Shown one piece after another: positions 46,894-58,257 of a stretch of 64,000 nt of DNA (within the stretch, counting starts at the first letter, position 1; the number at the start of each line of letters is the position of its first letter). The translations under genes and the position numbers were made by a program. The stretch is from Savitreella phatthalungensis. Taxonomy: Eukaryota. The notes beneath the pieces were generated by a model. That model ran no database searches, had not been told where the DNA came from, and worked only from the letters and a program-made list of their open reading frames with translations. The stretch lies in NCBI GenBank assembly GCA_051599415.1, contig AP039715.1, forward strand, positions 310,001-374,000, read 5' to 3'.

Positions 46894-48972
46894 TCATTTC
46901 GCTGCTGCTGCTGCAGCTGCCAACTCCAACGCCTGCACTCTTGCTCGCAGCTTTTGATTCTCCTCGACTAACCTATCTCGCTCTGTTTCTGGAGCGTTTG
47001 ATCGTAAGGCCGGTAGATCGAGAACGCCTGAAGCCAAGACGGCCCCTGCTGTCGGTCTCAGATGTGGCGTTTTGCAAGAGAGTGATAGGATGAGTGCGGC
47101 TTCTGTGGGGTGTAGTGAGATGAAGGGGGGTGGTAGTTCCAGGAGGTTTCGGAGATCGGAGAGGAGTAAGGCACGCTCCATCCGAGTGATAGGGGCGCTA
47201 GGGTTCAGGTGAGGGTGGAGGAGCTCAAATAGGATGATGGCAATCGAGTACATATCGCCAGACCGTGGGTCTGAAGCTTGAGCCATCGGCGTCTGTTGCT
47301 CAGGCGCAGCGTATGTGGGCGTGCCTAAGCCTGCGCGAGTCACGTCTGCTGGCGAGTGGGGGAGGGGTGGCAATGGTGTGGTATCTGTGGTGGTGGTGTC
47401 GGGAGAGGTGGGTAGGAGTGCTAGACCAAAGTCACCGAGTTTGGGGACGACGAAGCGTTGGGTTGGGTGGCCATCGGAGGAGAGGTCAGACGTGGTGATG
47501 GCCACTGCTCCTGGCTCACAAGGGTCGTCGGTCAAGGCCAAGAAGACGTTCGTCGGCTTCAGGTCTCGGTGAGCAAGGCCTTGAGCGTGCACGTGGGCGA
47601 CACCAGTCAGGATCGCCTTCAACAGGGACAGGCACTCCGGCTTGGCGATTGTTCGACCGGGCTCAGTCGATTGGTGGAACCGCGCGTCACGAGCGACGAG
47701 GTAGTCGCGAAGGGTGAACGAGCACAGGTGCATCTGGATGTACAGCATAAGCCGCGGCGAGCTTGCTGGGACGGATGCAGTGTGACGTCGAGGCAAACTG
47801 TTTCCGTGAGGGCTAGGGAATGCTCGTCTTGAGCGGATCGCGATCGCCTGTCCAGTTGCGGTCTCTCGCGAGATGTATTCAACGCTGGATGACAGATCGC
47901 TGAGCGACCCTTCTTCCGTCGATGTCGAGATTGTGCTCCTACCATTGCTCGCGTGAGTCTCCTCGAAGACGATGTCGTTGGATCCTTCGTCCTCGGTGAC
48001 AAATCTAGCCGAACCACCACCATCCTCCGATGTTTCATCAGTCAGCGTGTCGCCAGGCCCGGTCAGTGCTAGCCAGCCTTGGGAGTGATCATCCTGTCGC
48101 GAGTGCTCCAGCCAGGAGGAGAAGTATCGAATGATGTTTGGATGGTGGAGTCTTGCCAGAGCCTTGATTTCCCTGAAGACTTTGGTGTGAGGATGTGCGC
48201 CGCGGGCTGGAACGCACGCAGCTGCCGAAGGTAGGTGAACTCTCTTGACAGCGTACTCGACATCGTCCATCTTGTTCCGCGCTCGGTACACCGCACCGAA
48301 TCCACCGCGTCCCAGCATCGCCAACTCTTCCCACTCGTTCCTGTACCGCGAGTCGTCCAGACCCAGCCAGTCGTCCAGGGACGCGCCTGGGGCGAGATGT
48401 GGGAGCAGCGGCGTGGGCCTTGCGGATGGTACGTGAGGTGGCTGGTGCTGGCGGAGGACAAGTGCGTCGGGTGGTGGTGTGTGGGCGTCTGGAGGCTGAG
48501 CGAGAGCCATATCTTCAAGGTCGATCGCTTGCCGCGCTTGCGCCATCAGCTGTCGGAAGGCGCGGCTGTAGGCTGATCTGACTGAGGCAAGCTCATCCAC
48601 GTTATCGGCATCGAGGATGCCCATGGCCGACAGCGTCCTGCACAGGACGGTGAACAGGCGTTCAGCTCGACGAGGATCACCAGAGTTGCTCTCAGACAAT
48701 CTGCAGAATGACTCGAGCAAGGCAGCGAGGAGCAGTCTCCCATGTCTATCGCCTGCGCCAGCGGTATTCGGCGCTAATGCTCCAGATTCAGAGTCCAAGG
48801 TGTTTCGAGAAACGTCAGCCGCAAAGACGATGCCATCTGTCAAGGTATCAGTCGAGCGAGAGAGCTCCCGGGTGGATGCTGACTCGCGCTGGAGTAGCCT
48901 GGGTCTAGGACTTTTAGCTGTAGGCAGGGATGATTGGACGGCATCATCACCGTCTTGCAGCGACACATTCAT
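46894..48972 (-). CDS. HRI1: eIF2-alpha kinase, HRI family
   Basis: HRI-like N-terminal helices, LGRGGFG, YAVKRV, REIKALARLHHPNIIRY, kinase insert, LYIQM, HRDLKPTN, DFG, GTPTYAAPEQ, C-terminal coiled coil; first in-frame ATG 48972 (start uncertain). Confidence 0.88.
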   Translation of the reverse strand: MNVSLQDGDDAVQSSLPTAKSPRPRLLQRESASTRELSRSTDTLTDGIVFAADVSRNTLDSESGALAPNTAGAGDRHGRLLLAALLESFCRLSESNSGDPRRAERLFTVLCRTLSAMGILDADNVDELASVRSAYSRAFRQLMAQARQAIDLEDMALAQPPDAHTPPPDALVLRQHQPPHVPSARPTPLLPHLAPGASLDDWLGLDDSRYRNEWEELAMLGRGGFGAVYRARNKMDDVEYAVKRVHLPSAAACVPARGAHPHTKVFREIKALARLHHPNIIRYFSSWLEHSRQDDHSQGWLALTGPGDTLTDETSEDGGGSARFVTEDEGSNDIVFEETHASNGRSTISTSTEEGSLSDLSSSVEYISRETATGQAIAIRSRRAFPSPHGNSLPRRHTASVPASSPRLMLYIQMHLCSFTLRDYLVARDARFHQSTEPGRTIAKPECLSLLKAILTGVAHVHAQGLAHRDLKPTNVFLALTDDPCEPGAVAITTSDLSSDGHPTQRFVVPKLGDFGLALLPTSPDTTTTDTTPLPPLPHSPADVTRAGLGTPTYAAPEQQTPMAQASDPRSGDMYSIAIILFELLHPHLNPSAPITRMERALLLSDLRNLLELPPPFISLHPTEAALILSLSCKTPHLRPTAGAVLASGVLDLPALRSNAPETERDRLVEENQKLRARVQALELAAAAAAAK

Positions 48973-49151
48973 GGCATGGTTGCTCGTGTTGATGTTATAC
49001 GTGTCCTGTGAAGTGTCTGTTTCTTGTGCATTCAAACAAAGTGCTGCATGTGCTGCATGTGTGTTTCCCCAAACAGGTCATCCCTGCTTGTGTGTGCGTG
49101 TGTGTCGTCATAAGCAGCAACGTCCAAGACAAACACGCACGTCTAAGTAGG

Positions 49152-49716
49152 ATGGCTTCAGAATCACGGTTGTTTGCGCTCTCTCAGGAGACGAGCAAGC
49201 TGATACGCGATTTCCGGCTGAAAGGAGGCAAATTAGGAACCGCCTATATCGCTTGTGAGCTTACGCAGGCCCGAACTATCAGCAGGACTCATAGACTGAC
49301 ACGATATTGCTAGTCGCTATCGACAAAAAGACTCACGAAGTGAGACCGGAAGAGGAGAGCGCGGTGGCGATTGAGGATGTTGAAGAGCTCGTGGACGAGT
49401 TGCCAGATAACACACCTCGCTTTGTTTTGGTCTCCTGGGCGCTTACCCACGGTGATGGCAGACAGAGCTCTCCCCTATTTGTGGTCTTCTGGATTCCAAG
49501 AACGGCATCGACGGAGATGTCGACGTTGTATGCGTCCGCGAAAGTCTGGTTCACAGAGAAGTGTAAGTTGAAGACATCATTTTCCAGGTATTTCTTGACA
49601 GAGGCAAAGAAGTCTGACAAGGTTCAACAGGCGACGTCAGCAAGGTCTTTGAAATCCGCGATGCAGATGATCTGACCAGGGACTATATCGAAGAGAAGCT
49701 TAAGGGTGGCCGATAG
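49152..49716 (+). CDS. AIM7: Glia maturation factor (ADF-H) homologue, 3 exons (49152-49254, 49314-49562, 49631-49716)
   Basis: MASESRLF, ELPDNTPRFVLVS, DGRQSSPL, LYASAK; canonical introns; stop TAG at 49716. Confidence 0.9.
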
Positions 49717-50150
49717 AGGATACGCAGGGACAGTAATCAAAGACTGGAGAGATCATGTATATTCGTCACGGCACGACACAAGATAGGAGACCGTTCAACG
49801 ACGGGAGCGAGGAACAACGCCTGATCCTTCATTAAGCTAAGATGTGGAAGACTTTCTGTCGAGGTAGGTAGGATTCTGATGCGGGTATTTATTGTACCGA
49901 GGATGCGTTTGTGTTTGTGCGTGAAGACGAGGAGAAAAGAGAGGTTGAAGAGCGGGTTGTGGATTTTTTGCGATTGGGCTGGGCTGGGCTAGATCGAGAT
50001 GTAAAGTGCAGTCTAGCGTGACGGCGGTTGTCGTGTTCTACTTGGGATGGCAGAGGCGAGGATGCAGAGCAGCGAGCAAGAGGGGATATTCGTCATCCGC
50101 TGAAAGCTTGAAGATGCACAGATCGACGCTTTGATGCACAAATCGACTCT

Positions 50151-50783
50151 TTACATGATCGTGCAGCAGCTGCAGCCAGACTGCTTCTGACCGTCATCAA
50201 TGTGCATCTGTTCCCTGTTGACGCCGTTGCCTGTTGACTTGCCGGCACCCGAGAGCTCTTTATTGTAGCGTCTGATTTCGCGCACAAGGTTGTAAAAAGC
50301 TTCGTCGACATTGATGCGCTGTTTAGCTGAAGCCTCGATAAACCGGCAGCCGAATGATTTTGCCAAATCCCGGCCTTCCTGCTGCGAGACCTGACGTTCG
50401 TGCTCGAGATCGCACTTGTTGGCAACAACGATGATGGGAAAGTAGTCCTTGTCCTTGACTCGTAAGATCTGTTGCTGGAATGTCAGAATCTCCTCAAAGG
50501 ACGATCTCGACGTGATGCTGTAGACCAGTAGGAAACCCTCTCCTGTGCGCATGTACTGTTCCCGCATGGCAGAATATTCCTCCTGTCCGGCTGTATCCAA
50601 GACGTCGAGCAGAGCGACCTCTTCATCGATGACACATTGCTTCCGGTAAGAGTCTTCGATTGTCGGGTCATATTCATCGACAAAGTGCGACTGGATGAGC
50701 TGGATGGTCAGCGCCGATTTACCGACACCACCGCCGCCAACGACGACCAGCTTGTATTCTCTTAAGAAGGAGCTCTTAGACAT
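50151..50783 (-). CDS. RAS1: Ras GTPase
   Basis: [35 protein letters not shown] box CTIM with upstream Cys; intronless. Confidence 0.98.
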   Translation of the reverse strand: MSKSSFLREYKLVVVGGGGVGKSALTIQLIQSHFVDEYDPTIEDSYRKQCVIDEEVALLDVLDTAGQEEYSAMREQYMRTGEGFLLVYSITSRSSFEEILTFQQQILRVKDKDYFPIIVVANKCDLEHERQVSQQEGRDLAKSFGCRFIEASAKQRINVDEAFYNLVREIRRYNKELSGAGKSTGNGVNREQMHIDDGQKQSGCSCCTIM

Positions 50784-51705
50784 TGTGAGTAGGTTGACGT
50801 TTTGATGCTTTGGCTTGCAAGATTAGCGAAGATCTTGCAGGACTGCTGGCTGTTGATATCTACAGTCGCGTGGTGATAGCTAGACCCGACAGTGTGTTTG
50901 TCTAACGACTTACGAGTGCTGATGCTGCTGAATGCAAGGTCGTGCTGGAGCGCAGATGTGTATGCAAGAGTATGTCGCGTGCAAAGGAGAGTCGCGCGAT
51001 CCGAAATATGAGCAAAGAGACAGAATGACGAGCTCAGGATCGGTCGAATCGAGCTGACCGGAGACTGACTGATCTGAGTTCGACCTGGGGTTGAGCTGGA
51101 GTTGGCCTGAGCTGGACAATGCAAGATGATTTTATGCGAGAAATGATACTGTAGCCGATGGAGTGACAGTAGCTTATAGTTGTCGCGAAGAAAGCAGTTG
51201 CGTTGCAGGTCACGCACTCTTTTGGGCGTTAGCGTGAGGACGGTTGCCAAACGTGAGCAGGAAACTGGAGAGCGCGTGCTCAACAGTCGTGATATGTGCA
51301 AATGATGTCCAGGAGCTGCGCGAGCGGCTGTAAGAAGCTCGAATGACACCCGTGATGGCAGACACGAGATTCTGAGGATGCTGACTTCCGTTCTGTGATG
51401 CAAAGGCTCACAATCTGCGGATTCCTATCTTCGTGTTCGGAAAAATTGTTTGACAATAGGTCGTTGAGAGCTGGCACTCTGAAGCAGCAATCCCGATATC
51501 CCTCTGGTCCGACTGTGTGTCGTGGTGGGGAGCGGTGCGTGCGTATGAGCTTGTGTGCGGGTAGGTAGAAACAGAGGAGTGGTTGTGAGGAAGAAAGCGG
51601 TGTGATGGTAAGGAAAAGGTCAGCGATGCAGCGGTGCTCTCTTCCTACGGTGCAACGGGGTCTGAACGAGAATAGGACAGAGCACAGAAATTGTCTGTGT
51701 ACAGA

Positions 51706-51886
51706 TCCTGTCCTGTCCTGTCCTGTCCTGTCCAGTCCAGTCCAGTCCAGTCCGATAGAGTTCAGTTCAGTGCAGTATAAGTCAGAGCAAGGTTGAGAGC
51801 AACACAGGATCGAGTGGATAGAATAGCGCAAGTGAGAGCAGAGCAAGGCAAGCAGGGTAGAGCAGAGCAAAGCAGAGCAGAGCAGC
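51706..51886. repeat. Pentamer simple repeats (TCCTG)n, (TCCAG)n, (AGAGC)n upstream of RAS1
   Basis: Directly visible. Confidence 0.85.
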
Positions 51887-54800
51887 GCAAGCGTCACAGA
51901 TCCTTTGCAAGCGAGGAAGTGGATGGACGGACGAATATGTCTTGTATCTGCTGTCGCTGCATCTAGCTATGGATAGTTTAGACTGCGCACATACATACAT
52001 TCTACTGATTTCATTTGTCTGTCAATTGCTGTGGTTGACTGTGGTAGCCTTTCAATGTAATTGAGGTAGGTGTGAAATCGACTGCATCGATCATATCTGT
52101 GAAGCGCCAGATAGAAAATCGTGCTGAAGATCAAGTACAAAGTAGCCGAAAGTAAACTACGAATCATCTTCTACCTTGAGCTTTGAAAAATTCGAAAATG
52201 TTTACATATTTCCGATCGAAACTAGCAGACGCGTTTCACCAGATTCTGCAGCAGGTTCAGTTAGGATAAATCTACAGTTTTACCACAGGCCATCCATCTC
52301 CGGACAGATCGCAATTGCACGAACGTCAGAGCGAGGAGCATTACTATTGCGAATAGGATTAGCTTCAGCAGTCGTAGCAGTTTCAGAAGGTTTCGAGACA
52401 TCCACCAGAAGAAGAAGGAGAGTTTCGTGAAGCAATGTTTGTCGCCGGTATTGATAGAAGCCGGCAGATGAAAACTCCAATGGGCAAAGACAGAGTCTGA
52501 TAGTATTGAAGCAGTCTCTCTACATGGTCTTGGTGACAGCGAATTTCCCCACTTAACATGGCTGCAAACGCCTTCAATTTTGAAGAAGCCGGGAGATTGC
52601 TCGTCTAGTTCTAGAATCAATAGAATCAATTTCTGTAGAAGAGGTACGCGAGCATCCTGCCATGAGCTCGCTACGACAGCCAAATCGATGGAGAACAACA
52701 AGAATGCAGCGTCGTCATTCATAAAGCCATGATCCAGCGGCAATAATACTGCAGCATATGCAGTCCGATCGATAGCCTTGGCTGGTCGAGTCCAGGGATT
52801 TGGTAGACAGAACATGAATAGATCTCCAGTCAAACTTCTTTTTAGTGTCAGCGCTCCCGGGTTTCTTTTTCGGTAGACCCAAGGATTCGGAGTCATCGGC
52901 CATGGAATCACCAAGCTGAAAATGCTCGAACCCTTGTAGGAGCATCCGCTGCAGTTTGGCACAATCCGGAGTTGTTGACAGACAGAATAGACACCCAATT
53001 CCAACACACTTCAGAGCAAGATCAGAATGGCACAATGTCATCCATACCCCTCTTCTCAACTTGACTCTCGATTCCAAGGGTCGTCCTAAACCACACCTGC
53101 AACTCATTCCATCTCACTCATTCCATCTCACTATTCTCAGTGTTGCTGGCGAATCGACCACCGCACAGACCCGGATCCTGTCCGGCGTCAAATCTTTTCT
53201 GTTGCACTTCCATTCACTTAATTCGACAGCTATCGAGATACTATAGATCAGAAGTGAGACATTGCGGACGAGCTCTGAGATCTAAATTATTTGGATGGTC
53301 ATTTTGAACAGATCCGGGTTTGCAGTCGCTTGGAACCAATAGTCAAGCCACAGACACGTCTATTTTGGTTACATCCGCATAGATTGGCAGACCAAGAATT
53401 CCTTCTTTCATAGATTCAAATTCTCGTGAACAGAAGCAAGCCCGTGCATCAGCACTGTAGCCTCTTTGACATCGCGTCATCTGTAGAAACTGACAGCACT
53501 ATTCAGGGCGAGACTTATTTCAAGCCAAGTGGATCTGAGCACCGTTCACAGGACAGAAGCAAGATCTTCCAGTCTCGCTCTTCAGAAGATGCTTGTCTGC
53601 GGTGCGAAACAATGGTTTCAGACAATGCTGATTGATCGCCATTGTCCGACTTATTCAAGCAATTGAGATCAAAGTCTGCACGCATCAATAGATTGCCTGT
53701 GCTCATCGAGTGTATCCTAAGTTGTTGCGCTCGGCTCGAGCTGTTTTTGAATTGAGCATGCTGCAATGTTCGTCTGGATGCAGCCACGGAGCTGGCATCT
53801 CCACCGGGTACGGTTGAATATGTCAAAAGGCTAGCTGTCCAAGGAGGGGTCTTCCGAGCTAGCAAATCAGCTTCCTCCATCATATATCGTAAAATGACCG
53901 AGCTCGAAACAGAGATCTGACGATCCGTGGGTATTCTGTCATAACAAAAAAGCTCATATCGTCATCACCTCCAAGTCCCGCAAAATAGTCGCCACTCAAG
54001 GAACAGGGCGCGGAGACATGCTACGTTTCTGGCCAATGATGCGGTTTGGAGAGTGCGCTGCGAACTCGCATCCGATGGTATATCGACAAGGAATGTCCTC
54101 GGCGTGACAGACAGCGGAGAAAAAGCGGATCGTGCATTCCGCTCATTTTGGAAACCCTCGGATATTGGGATCGACAGAAATCGTGTTTGTTTATGCATAT
54201 ACTCAGTGCTCCAGGCGTCAATGCTGTGCCACCTGGGTCAGACTTGCTGTTCTGCATAACCCACTCGATTCTCGTTCCCACTTTGTGCACCAAAGGAGGA
54301 AATGCAAGCCAGATTGAAGCTCTCCATTGTGTCCATGCATCATTCTCGAGTCCAAGTAGGTCGACAGAAGCCGGGCCATAGGAATGATGAGACTATGGTA
54401 TGATGCTTCTAAGAATTCTATTCGAACCGAAAACTCAAGGGCAATGACTCGCGTCCAATCGTCTCGTCCCACGTCTCCGGCGACTAGCTGCTGTGCCATT
54501 TTTAGGCCTTGACCGACCATCTTGACGTTGAGATACAAGATTCTTAAGAATCAAATGTCACGACGGATGAGCATTGATAAGACAACTGAGTCATGGAGCG
54601 TGCTTGGCAGCAATGCATTGCATGCACTGACTCGATCAGGATCTCGTGGATCCATCAGATGAGGAGCCTAAGCTGTATTTCACACCCTACTTGAAAATAG
54701 GAAGAAAAGTCACGCTGTTGATGATATAGCAGCCTCATGGTAAGAGCTACTCGATTCCATGATTGAGCAACTTGAATCGAAAGCTACCACGATCTAGGCA

Positions 54801-55523
54801 TGCCTTGTCCATTGTGAATGGGCAATTCTGCACAATCTGCTGCGACTCACTGGTGCATCGCTGGCAACTGCGTCTACGATTCGGATTGTCTGTATCGGCT
54901 TGTTGACAATTGTCCCACATCAAGGGATCAGCTATCTCTCTCGATTTGGATTTGATCAGGTCGATCGACTGCCATGCATGCAGTCAATAACGAGGACTAG
55001 GAGAACTGGCTGATTTGAGTTTAAAATTGTACTTATTCGTGTATCGAAATTAGACTTCGACATTGATAATTTCTATGGTCTCAAATCAGATCTACACAAC
55101 TCTATTACAGTACCTCAACCTGATGCATACATGCGCGAAACGCAATCCCACTAAATCACGTGTGTCGGCTTCACTTTCCAGCTAGACACAACCGCGGGCT
55201 CTCTCACTGGATGACTCTTATGCGCGGACAGGCAATAGTGTGAAAGCGTGCTTCTACTCTTCTCTTGTGCGCAGCAGGATCGGAGCTTTATCGGTTCACA
55301 ACTAGGGCGGTTCGGCGAATCGTTCGCTAGCTGGTTCCGTTAGCAGTATCGGGCGCTCGTGAGCAATCCGTGGAGCGTTATCCCGACTGGTCACCCGGTC
55401 GCAATCAGGTCAATCAGCCCAAGTTACGACTCGTGCTTGTATCTCCCTATCGATATCATGTCGGCTTGATCGACTTCTACTCTCTAGCTCGACAATAGGG
55501 GTTCAGCGCTGCTCAATAAGCCC

Positions 55524-57947
55524 ATGAGCAGTGATCAAACACAGGCGCAACAGGCAGACGGCCTCAATCCAGGTCGCAAGCGCATCTCGCGTGCGTGCGA
55601 TCAGTGTAACGCTCTTAGAACGCGGTGCGACGGCGCACATCCATGTCGGCACTGCGTTGATAACAGCCTAAGCTGCGAGTTCAATAGGGAGCGCAAGAAG
55701 CGCGGTAAGGCGCCGAAATCTAGCTACTCAAACGAGTCAGGCGCCTACGGTACTTTGAACGGCACAACTGGCAACGATTCGCTGCCTCGACGTGCAGGCT
55801 CCACTAGTAGCCCTTACGTCGCATCACAGTCGCTCAATTTCGACAACGACAGTCGAAGTAGCGCGGACACGGGCGATCGCCTCAACACGCCGATGCGAGC
55901 GGCGATGGAATTACCACCGCCGCCGATGAATGCCCAGATGAGCATGCCTGGGTCACGTGGACACGGATCGGATTCTGCCAGCGTCAACACTCCGAACGAG
56001 TGGAAGCCGATGCATGAGCCTTCGCCAAATCGACTGCAAATGGACTATGGAGCTGCTTACTTTGGTGGCTCGGCCGGGACTCCGATGTTTCAGACCCCGG
56101 GCTCTGCTCACAACTATCTTCCTGGTCCCGGTTCAGGCAAAGGTCACATGCCGCAACATCACGGCTTTGCTCCGTCCACGGTCAACCCGACAATGCAATC
56201 TCAGGCTGCGATGGCTTCTCACACGCTCCGCGCTGGTCCTAGAGACGGCATCAACGTCAATCATATTCTCGCACCTCAGCCTGCTCCGCATCAGGCTTCT
56301 CAACCACAGCACTCTCGACACGAACAGACAATGCCACGGCCAGGACAACCTTACGACTACGGGCAGTCACCGCGTTCAACCTATTCAGAGTCTCCAAGAG
56401 CATTCCCAGCTCCACCGTCGAAGGCACCGAGCAGCCAACACTCTCATGGCAGCAGCCTTCATTTTGCGAAGTACCCGATCCTGCAACCCGTGCTGAAGGA
56501 ACTGGAATTCATTCCGCCAGCCGTGCTATGTGACATGCTCGATACATATTTCAACAACTCATCATACGTGCTCGGTTACGTTTTGAGACGTCGAGATGTA
56601 TTACATCGCGAAAAACCTCGGAAGACCACGCTCGGCCTGCTCTACGCCATCTTATGCGTCGGGGCACATACTTGTGAGAATGCATTCCTCGCTGCGACTC
56701 CCGTGTCCCGCGCCAAGGCTGTTCAGCGGCTATTTGAACTTTCTGTGTCTTCGTTACGTCCGCTCCAGCATGACGAGGTAGGTGGTGGCTGTCTCGACGA
56801 TGTGATGACATACCTGCAGCTTGGCACGGTCATTGCGGCCAGTGAATTCAAAGGCGTCAGTCTTCGCTGGTTCTACTCGGCATGGACGCTCGCCAAGGAG
56901 CTTCGTCTGAATCACGAACTACAGAGTGAACTACCGGAAGCCACCAGCGTTAGCGAGACAACCAAGGAGGAACGTCGCCGGACTTGGTGGCTGCTCTACA
57001 TGATAGACCGCCATCTGTGTTTGTGCTACAACAAGCCGCTAGTCTTGATGGACGTCGAGTGTACTATGCTATTCCGACCAATGGACGAAACTGTGTGGCA
57101 ATCGGACGTTGACTTGGATCTGACAGACGTGGACGGGCTAGCGCTCTCGCCGGAGGCCGCGCGTGCCCTCAGCGAGCTGTACGAGACCGGTCGGCGCGGG
57201 CCATCATTCTACGTCGAAGGTCCTGGCATCTTTGGATTCTTCCTGCCGTTGATGGTGATACTTGGTGAGATATGTACTATCACCTCGCTGACACAGCTTC
57301 CCGGCATGAGCTTCGACGCCACCCTGGAGCCGGCTAAACAGCAGGTGCGACACCATCTGCACAGGTACGAATCGTCGCTCGCCCGGTGGCAAGACCCGGA
57401 TCTGCAGCCACCACGCGACATGCTGACGAATCCCACCATTCTCTCGCCAGGCACATTCGCGCCCTACGCGGGTCAGCTCATGCACACACTACACATCCTT
57501 CTGTGTGGCAAATGGGACCCGATCGAGATGCTGGAGAACAGCGCATGGATCTCGACCTCGGAGTTCCTCGGGGCCACAGGCCACGCAGTCTCGGCTGCAG
57601 GATTCGTCGAGACAATCTTGCGTATCGATCCCGATCTAGCATTCATGCCATTCTTCTTCGGCATCTACCTCCTCCAGGGCTCCTTTCTCCTGCTTCTTCT
57701 CGTCGACAAGCTGGAGCAGCAGGCCGATGCGTCAGTCATCGATGCTTGTGAGACGTATATCCGAGCACACGAGGTCTGTGTCGTCACCCTCGACACACAG
57801 TACCAGCGCAATTTCAGGCGTGTCATGAGATCCACCCTGAACTCAGTCAGGATGCGCGTTCATTCGAGCGACGAGGAAAAGCAGAAACGTCGAGAATTGC
57901 TGACGTTGTACCGGTGGGCGGACGGCGGGAGAGGTCTTGTCATCTAG
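55524..57947 (+). CDS. xlnR: Zn2Cys6 transcription factor XlnR/Xyr1
   Basis: RISRACDQCNALRTRCDG..RERKKRGK, ASEFKGVSLRW, EERRRTWWLLY, GKWDP, FMPFFFGIYLLQGSF, RAHEVCVVTL, LYRW.DG.GL. Confidence 0.92.
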   Translation: MSSDQTQAQQADGLNPGRKRISRACDQCNALRTRCDGAHPCRHCVDNSLSCEFNRERKKRGKAPKSSYSNESGAYGTLNGTTGNDSLPRRAGSTSSPYVASQSLNFDNDSRSSADTGDRLNTPMRAAMELPPPPMNAQMSMPGSRGHGSDSASVNTPNEWKPMHEPSPNRLQMDYGAAYFGGSAGTPMFQTPGSAHNYLPGPGSGKGHMPQHHGFAPSTVNPTMQSQAAMASHTLRAGPRDGINVNHILAPQPAPHQASQPQHSRHEQTMPRPGQPYDYGQSPRSTYSESPRAFPAPPSKAPSSQHSHGSSLHFAKYPILQPVLKELEFIPPAVLCDMLDTYFNNSSYVLGYVLRRRDVLHREKPRKTTLGLLYAILCVGAHTCENAFLAATPVSRAKAVQRLFELSVSSLRPLQHDEVGGGCLDDVMTYLQLGTVIAASEFKGVSLRWFYSAWTLAKELRLNHELQSELPEATSVSETTKEERRRTWWLLYMIDRHLCLCYNKPLVLMDVECTMLFRPMDETVWQSDVDLDLTDVDGLALSPEAARALSELYETGRRGPSFYVEGPGIFGFFLPLMVILGEICTITSLTQLPGMSFDATLEPAKQQVRHHLHRYESSLARWQDPDLQPPRDMLTNPTILSPGTFAPYAGQLMHTLHILLCGKWDPIEMLENSAWISTSEFLGATGHAVSAAGFVETILRIDPDLAFMPFFFGIYLLQGSFLLLLLVDKLEQQADASVIDACETYIRAHEVCVVTLDTQYQRNFRRVMRSTLNSVRMRVHSSDEEKQKRRELLTLYRWADGGRGLVI

Positions 57948-58257
57948 ATCATGCTTCTTTCATGATCAGGCGTTACGATGACCACGAACCGTCTGTAGAC
58001 TGCCTCTTTTGTATCAGTAGAAATCTTTAAGGCATTTGGCAAGCTCTATCCTCGAGACCGATGGTCATGAATGATTTTTGTGCATCTGGCTCTGTTTAAA
58101 CTTCACGTGCTTGACACGTCCAACTCTATAGTCGATGCTTTCATCGTCACACACACACACGCATCTGGATCACAGTACATAAACCACCGCATCCTCCACA
58201 TCCACATACACCCTGACTGAAAGCTTTCCTCAGGCAGGCACAATCCCATCGGCCAAG

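Noticed and set aside
1..48972. eIF2B delta and HRI kinase as a stress-response cluster
   Set aside because: They are 46 kb apart with many unrelated genes between; probably coincidence.
50762..51897. 213-aa and 205-aa ORFs upstream of RAS1
   Set aside because: They are low-complexity, partly built from pentamer repeats, and not protein-like; probably leader or promoter sequence.
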